This document shows, piece after piece, positions 24,497-26,244 of a stretch of DNA of 26,244 bases. Each line of letters opens with the position of its first letter. Within the stretch, counting starts at the first letter, position 1. Both the position numbers and the translations under genes were made by a program. The stretch is taken from IMG/VR virus record IMGVR_UViG_3300020577_006051, positions 1 through 26,244 of that record; one strand, written 5' to 3'. Source of the stretch: a virus (Duplodnaviria; Heunggongvirae; Uroviricota; Caudoviricetes). The notes beneath the pieces were generated by a model. It made no database searches. It worked only from the letters and a program-made list of their open reading frames with translations, and was not told where the DNA came from.

Positions 24497-24503
24497 ATTA
24501 TAC
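24497..24503 (-). promoter_or_regulatory. -10-type element GTATAAT upstream of the lipoprotein
   Basis: 31 nt before the ATG. Confidence 0.5.
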
Positions 24504-24581
24504 TAAGATTTCTTTTTTGAGCTAAGAGGGGCTATTTGACATTTTAATCTAACTTAGTAACTTAGCTAACTTTTTACTAAG

Positions 24582-24728
24582 TCATTGAACTTTATCACTA
24601 TCATTCTTACTATAATCATACCAATCTGTCGTTCCAAAAGACATCAGCCAAATAGAATAAAACAAAGCCTGTGAGATGCCAAGCTGCATAAGTAGATAAC
24701 CTAATCTGTATTGTACTTGCCTGTTCAT
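24582..24728 (-). CDS. Mini-ORF array member (48 aa)
   Basis: Hand-translated MNRQVQYRLGYLLMQLGISQALFYSIWLMSFGTTDWYDYSKNDSDKVQ; ATGA overlap with the upstream gene. Confidence 0.65.
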   Translation of the reverse strand: MNRQVQYRLGYLLMQLGISQALFYSIWLMSFGTTDWYDYSKNDSDKVQ

Positions 24729-24907
24729 CTTGGCCAAGACACAATCCAGTTACCACGGTAGTGAGGTTTTTGTTTTGCATCAATTACTGCAGTTACGTTC
24801 GCTCTCCAGAAGAAAGCTGGACGACAAATTTCCAAACGTCGAAGAAACTTAGAAAGTTCGACACATGCGTTCTTGCTGTTTTCGCTGATGAACATGTACT
24901 TATTCAA
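24725..24907 (-). CDS. Mini-ORF array member (60 aa)
   Basis: Motif CVELSKFLRRLEI; 8-nt overlap with the upstream stop. Confidence 0.7.
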   Translation of the reverse strand: MNKYMFISENSKNACVELSKFLRRLEICRPAFFWRANVTAVIDAKQKPHYRGNWIVSWPR

Positions 24908-25094
24908 AGATCACCACCATGCAGTTAGCGTAAGGTTTCTCCATCTCTGGAAGTTCACCCATGAGATAAGCTTTGTTGGTGTGAACACCGTACTGCTTAT
25001 AGGCACCGAACGCAGACTTTATCTTTGCTACTTTTAATGTAGAAAGAAACTTAAGTAGCGGATAGAGATGTGAGTGTTCGTGTGGAATTATCAT
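24900..25094 (-). CDS. Mini-ORF array member (64 aa)
   Basis: Start corrected to ATG 25094 (GAGG SD); motif LYPLLKFLSTLKV; C-terminal KPYAN. Confidence 0.7.
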   Translation of the reverse strand: MIIPHEHSHLYPLLKFLSTLKVAKIKSAFGAYKQYGVHTNKAYLMGELPEMEKPYANCMVVIFE

Positions 25095-25096
25095 CG

Positions 25097-25246
25097 TTAC
25101 CTCGAGTACCATAGAATCAGATCGTACATGTCAGGGTTGTTCGCGTACGGCTTGCAGTCATAGTGCATCCTATACTTGTCATTCACCTTTAGTAAGTCGA
25201 GTACATACAGCAAGTCATACATCGCCATCGCTTGTTCAATATCCAC
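25097..25246 (-). CDS. Mini-ORF array member (49 aa)
   Basis: GTG start after GGAG/AAGGA; MDIEQAMAMYDLLYVLDLLKVNDKYRMHYDCKPYANNPDMYDLILWYSR. Confidence 0.7.
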   Translation of the reverse strand: MDIEQAMAMYDLLYVLDLLKVNDKYRMHYDCKPYANNPDMYDLILWYSR

Positions 25247-25278
25247 TTGCTTCCTTCTCCAAACCCAAAAAGGGCCTA

Positions 25279-25482
25279 TTATTCTAAATAATAATCTGCA
25301 AACTCAAAATCTATTGCTGTCGTCTCATCTATGATCTCAAACTTAACTAAAATATTAAATAGATTCGAGTAGCTGTAGGTTGCAGAGTTAACAATTTTAG
25401 TAGCACTAACATGTCGAGTTTTTTCTTTTATACATTCTGTTTCACCTAACAAACGCAACAGATAAAGTTTCCAGAGTATCAT
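25279..25482 (-). CDS. Mini-ORF array member (67 aa, two motif copies)
   Basis: Start corrected to ATG 25482 (ATGA overlap); ILWKLYLLRLLGE and YSNLFNILVKFEI. Confidence 0.65.
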   Translation of the reverse strand: MILWKLYLLRLLGETECIKEKTRHVSATKIVNSATYSYSNLFNILVKFEIIDETTAIDFEFADYYLE

Positions 25483-25694
25483 GTTCTGTTCCACGCTCTT
25501 AGAGAGTCGATCACATGCTTGATATGCTGATCCCACATATCTTTATCGATGTGACCAACAGTTAGTATGTAATCTTCCCAAGTATTGTCATTAACGTCGA
25601 AGTCGTGATCGCGAATGTTGAGAGCCCAAAGTAATTCGATCAGGTCGCAAAGCGGAGCCTGGCATTTTCTATACTGCTCACCGATGTTATACAT
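25479..25694 (-). CDS. Mini-ORF array member (71 aa)
   Basis: Motif LCDLIELLWALNI; 8-nt overlap with the upstream gene. Confidence 0.7.
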   Translation of the reverse strand: MYNIGEQYRKCQAPLCDLIELLWALNIRDHDFDVNDNTWEDYILTVGHIDKDMWDQHIKHVIDSLRAWNRT

Positions 25695-25839
25695 ACCAGA
25701 TCTCTACTTTCTCGCTGCCAACAGATATGTCAACTACCGATGTTGCTTCAAGATTAATCAGAAGCCAGAACAAATCTAACATAGCTGTTTTGTCGTCGTA
25801 ACTTAACGGCTCAAGTGTTTCAAATGTATATCTTACCAT
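25687..25839 (-). CDS. Mini-ORF array member (50 aa)
   Basis: Hand-translated MVRYTFETLEPLSYDDKTAMLDLFWLLINLEATSVVDISVGSEKVEIWYV. Confidence 0.65.
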   Translation of the reverse strand: MVRYTFETLEPLSYDDKTAMLDLFWLLINLEATSVVDISVGSEKVEIWYV

Positions 25840-25976
25840 CTGAAATGCCCAGATCTATGTATGCACATATCGTGACAGATTTCAGCATTGATACTTACAG
25901 CTCGAAGTCTGTGTAGTGTAAATAGCAAATGATGATACCTTATATAAATAACTTTTCTTTCATCATTTAAACTCAT
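25833..25976 (-). CDS. Mini-ORF array member (47 aa)
   Basis: GAGGA SD; MSLNDERKVIYIRYHHLLFTLHRLRAVSINAEICHDMCIHRSGHFRW. Confidence 0.6.
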   Translation of the reverse strand: MSLNDERKVIYIRYHHLLFTLHRLRAVSINAEICHDMCIHRSGHFRW

Positions 25977-26139
25977 AGTCTTCCTCACTGTCTGTTCGAA
26001 GACGATTCACGTACTCAGTCCAAGGGATGGAGATCAACTCGTAGTTGTGCTTGATGTTGAGCTTGTCGAAGAACCGGAAGAACAGGTCTTCCAATGCCCC
26101 ATGATATTCTAGGTAAGTTTCGAAGTGGTTGATACCCAA
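25963..26139 (-). CDS. Mini-ORF array member (58 aa), resembles the N-terminus of T7 endonuclease I
   Basis: TTG start after GAGG; MGINHFETYLEYHGALEDLFFRFFDKLNIKHNYELISIPWTEYVNRLRTDSEEDYEFK. Confidence 0.6.
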   Translation of the reverse strand: MGINHFETYLEYHGALEDLFFRFFDKLNIKHNYELISIPWTEYVNRLRTDSEEDYEFK

Positions 26140-26146
26140 GCTAACC

Positions 26147-26242
26147 TCAGAAGTTGTCGTCTAATATTTTTGCTTTATCTAATAGATGACTGAATGCTTC
26201 GACTCGACGTGGCCGGTCGAGAAGTTCGAACCTACGGATCAG
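26147..26242 (-). CDS. 5'-partial small hypothetical protein (array continues beyond the window)
   Basis: Open frame from the window edge ...LIRRFELLDRPRRVEAFSHLLDKAKILDDNF-TGA, ending 7 nt before the next start. Confidence 0.45.
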   Translation of the reverse strand: MIRRFELLDRPRRVEAFSHLLDKAKILDDNF

Positions 26243-26244
26243 AG

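Noticed and set aside
25261-25278. Hairpin-like AGGCCC-TTTTT-GGGTTT on the minus strand within the mini-ORF array
   Set aside because: Needs two G-U pairs and has no following U-run; too weak to call.
25940-26200. Possible stop-codon recoding (TAG or TGA read-through) in the ORF-poor right end, including YEFK-TGA-TGA, which would read ExKGG under code 25
   Set aside because: The region is fully tiled by short standard-code ORFs with SD sites and overlaps, TGA is used as a stop in several ATGA couplings, and the long structural genes read through intact in the standard code.
26205-26244. tRNA-like T-loop (GTTCGAACC)
   Set aside because: Flanks do not pair into a T-stem, no cloverleaf can be built, and it lies in an open minus-strand frame.
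1-26244. CRISPR array, rRNA/tRNA, integrase or IS element, DGR template/variable repeat
   Set aside because: No regularly spaced nucleotide repeats, RNA-gene structure, recombinase, transposase or reverse transcriptase motif seen; the 318-nt repeat differs at all base types, not only adenines.

Overview
Fragment of a large contractile-tailed (myovirus) bacteriophage genome; no host genes, RNA genes or CRISPR arrays were seen. Positions ~1-23.4 kb are a minus-strand neck-tail-baseplate module. In transcription order (right to left) it encodes a head-closure/neck protein, a Nudix-domain multidomain protein, an HNH endonuclease, tail completion and terminator proteins, a small conserved-position protein, the tail sheath, an antisense HNH endonuclease, a 78-aa protein, three tail-tube paralogues, two overlapping tail-assembly chaperone ORFs with a candidate -1 frameshift, the tape measure, baseplate hub, central spike, a tube-initiator-like protein, a LysM+gp25 wedge fusion, and a baseplate-J-like protein of >1471 aa that runs off the left edge and is missing from the ORF track. 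The neck-to-sheath order resembles Herelleviridae (SPO1/Twort-like) synteny, from memory. Positions 23.4-26.2 kb are accessory: a divergent pair of 4-Cys paralogues, a disulfide-rich lipoprotein, and a tightly coupled array of at least 10 mini-ORFs (47-71 aa, five complete ones below the ORF-track cutoff) sharing an L-x-x-phi-L-x-x-L-[KENG]-[IV] helix. The best candidates for something new are this mini-ORF array, the Nudix protein placed among virion genes, and the giant, nested-repeat baseplate protein. All product calls come from motif reading and gene order; no database searches were run.
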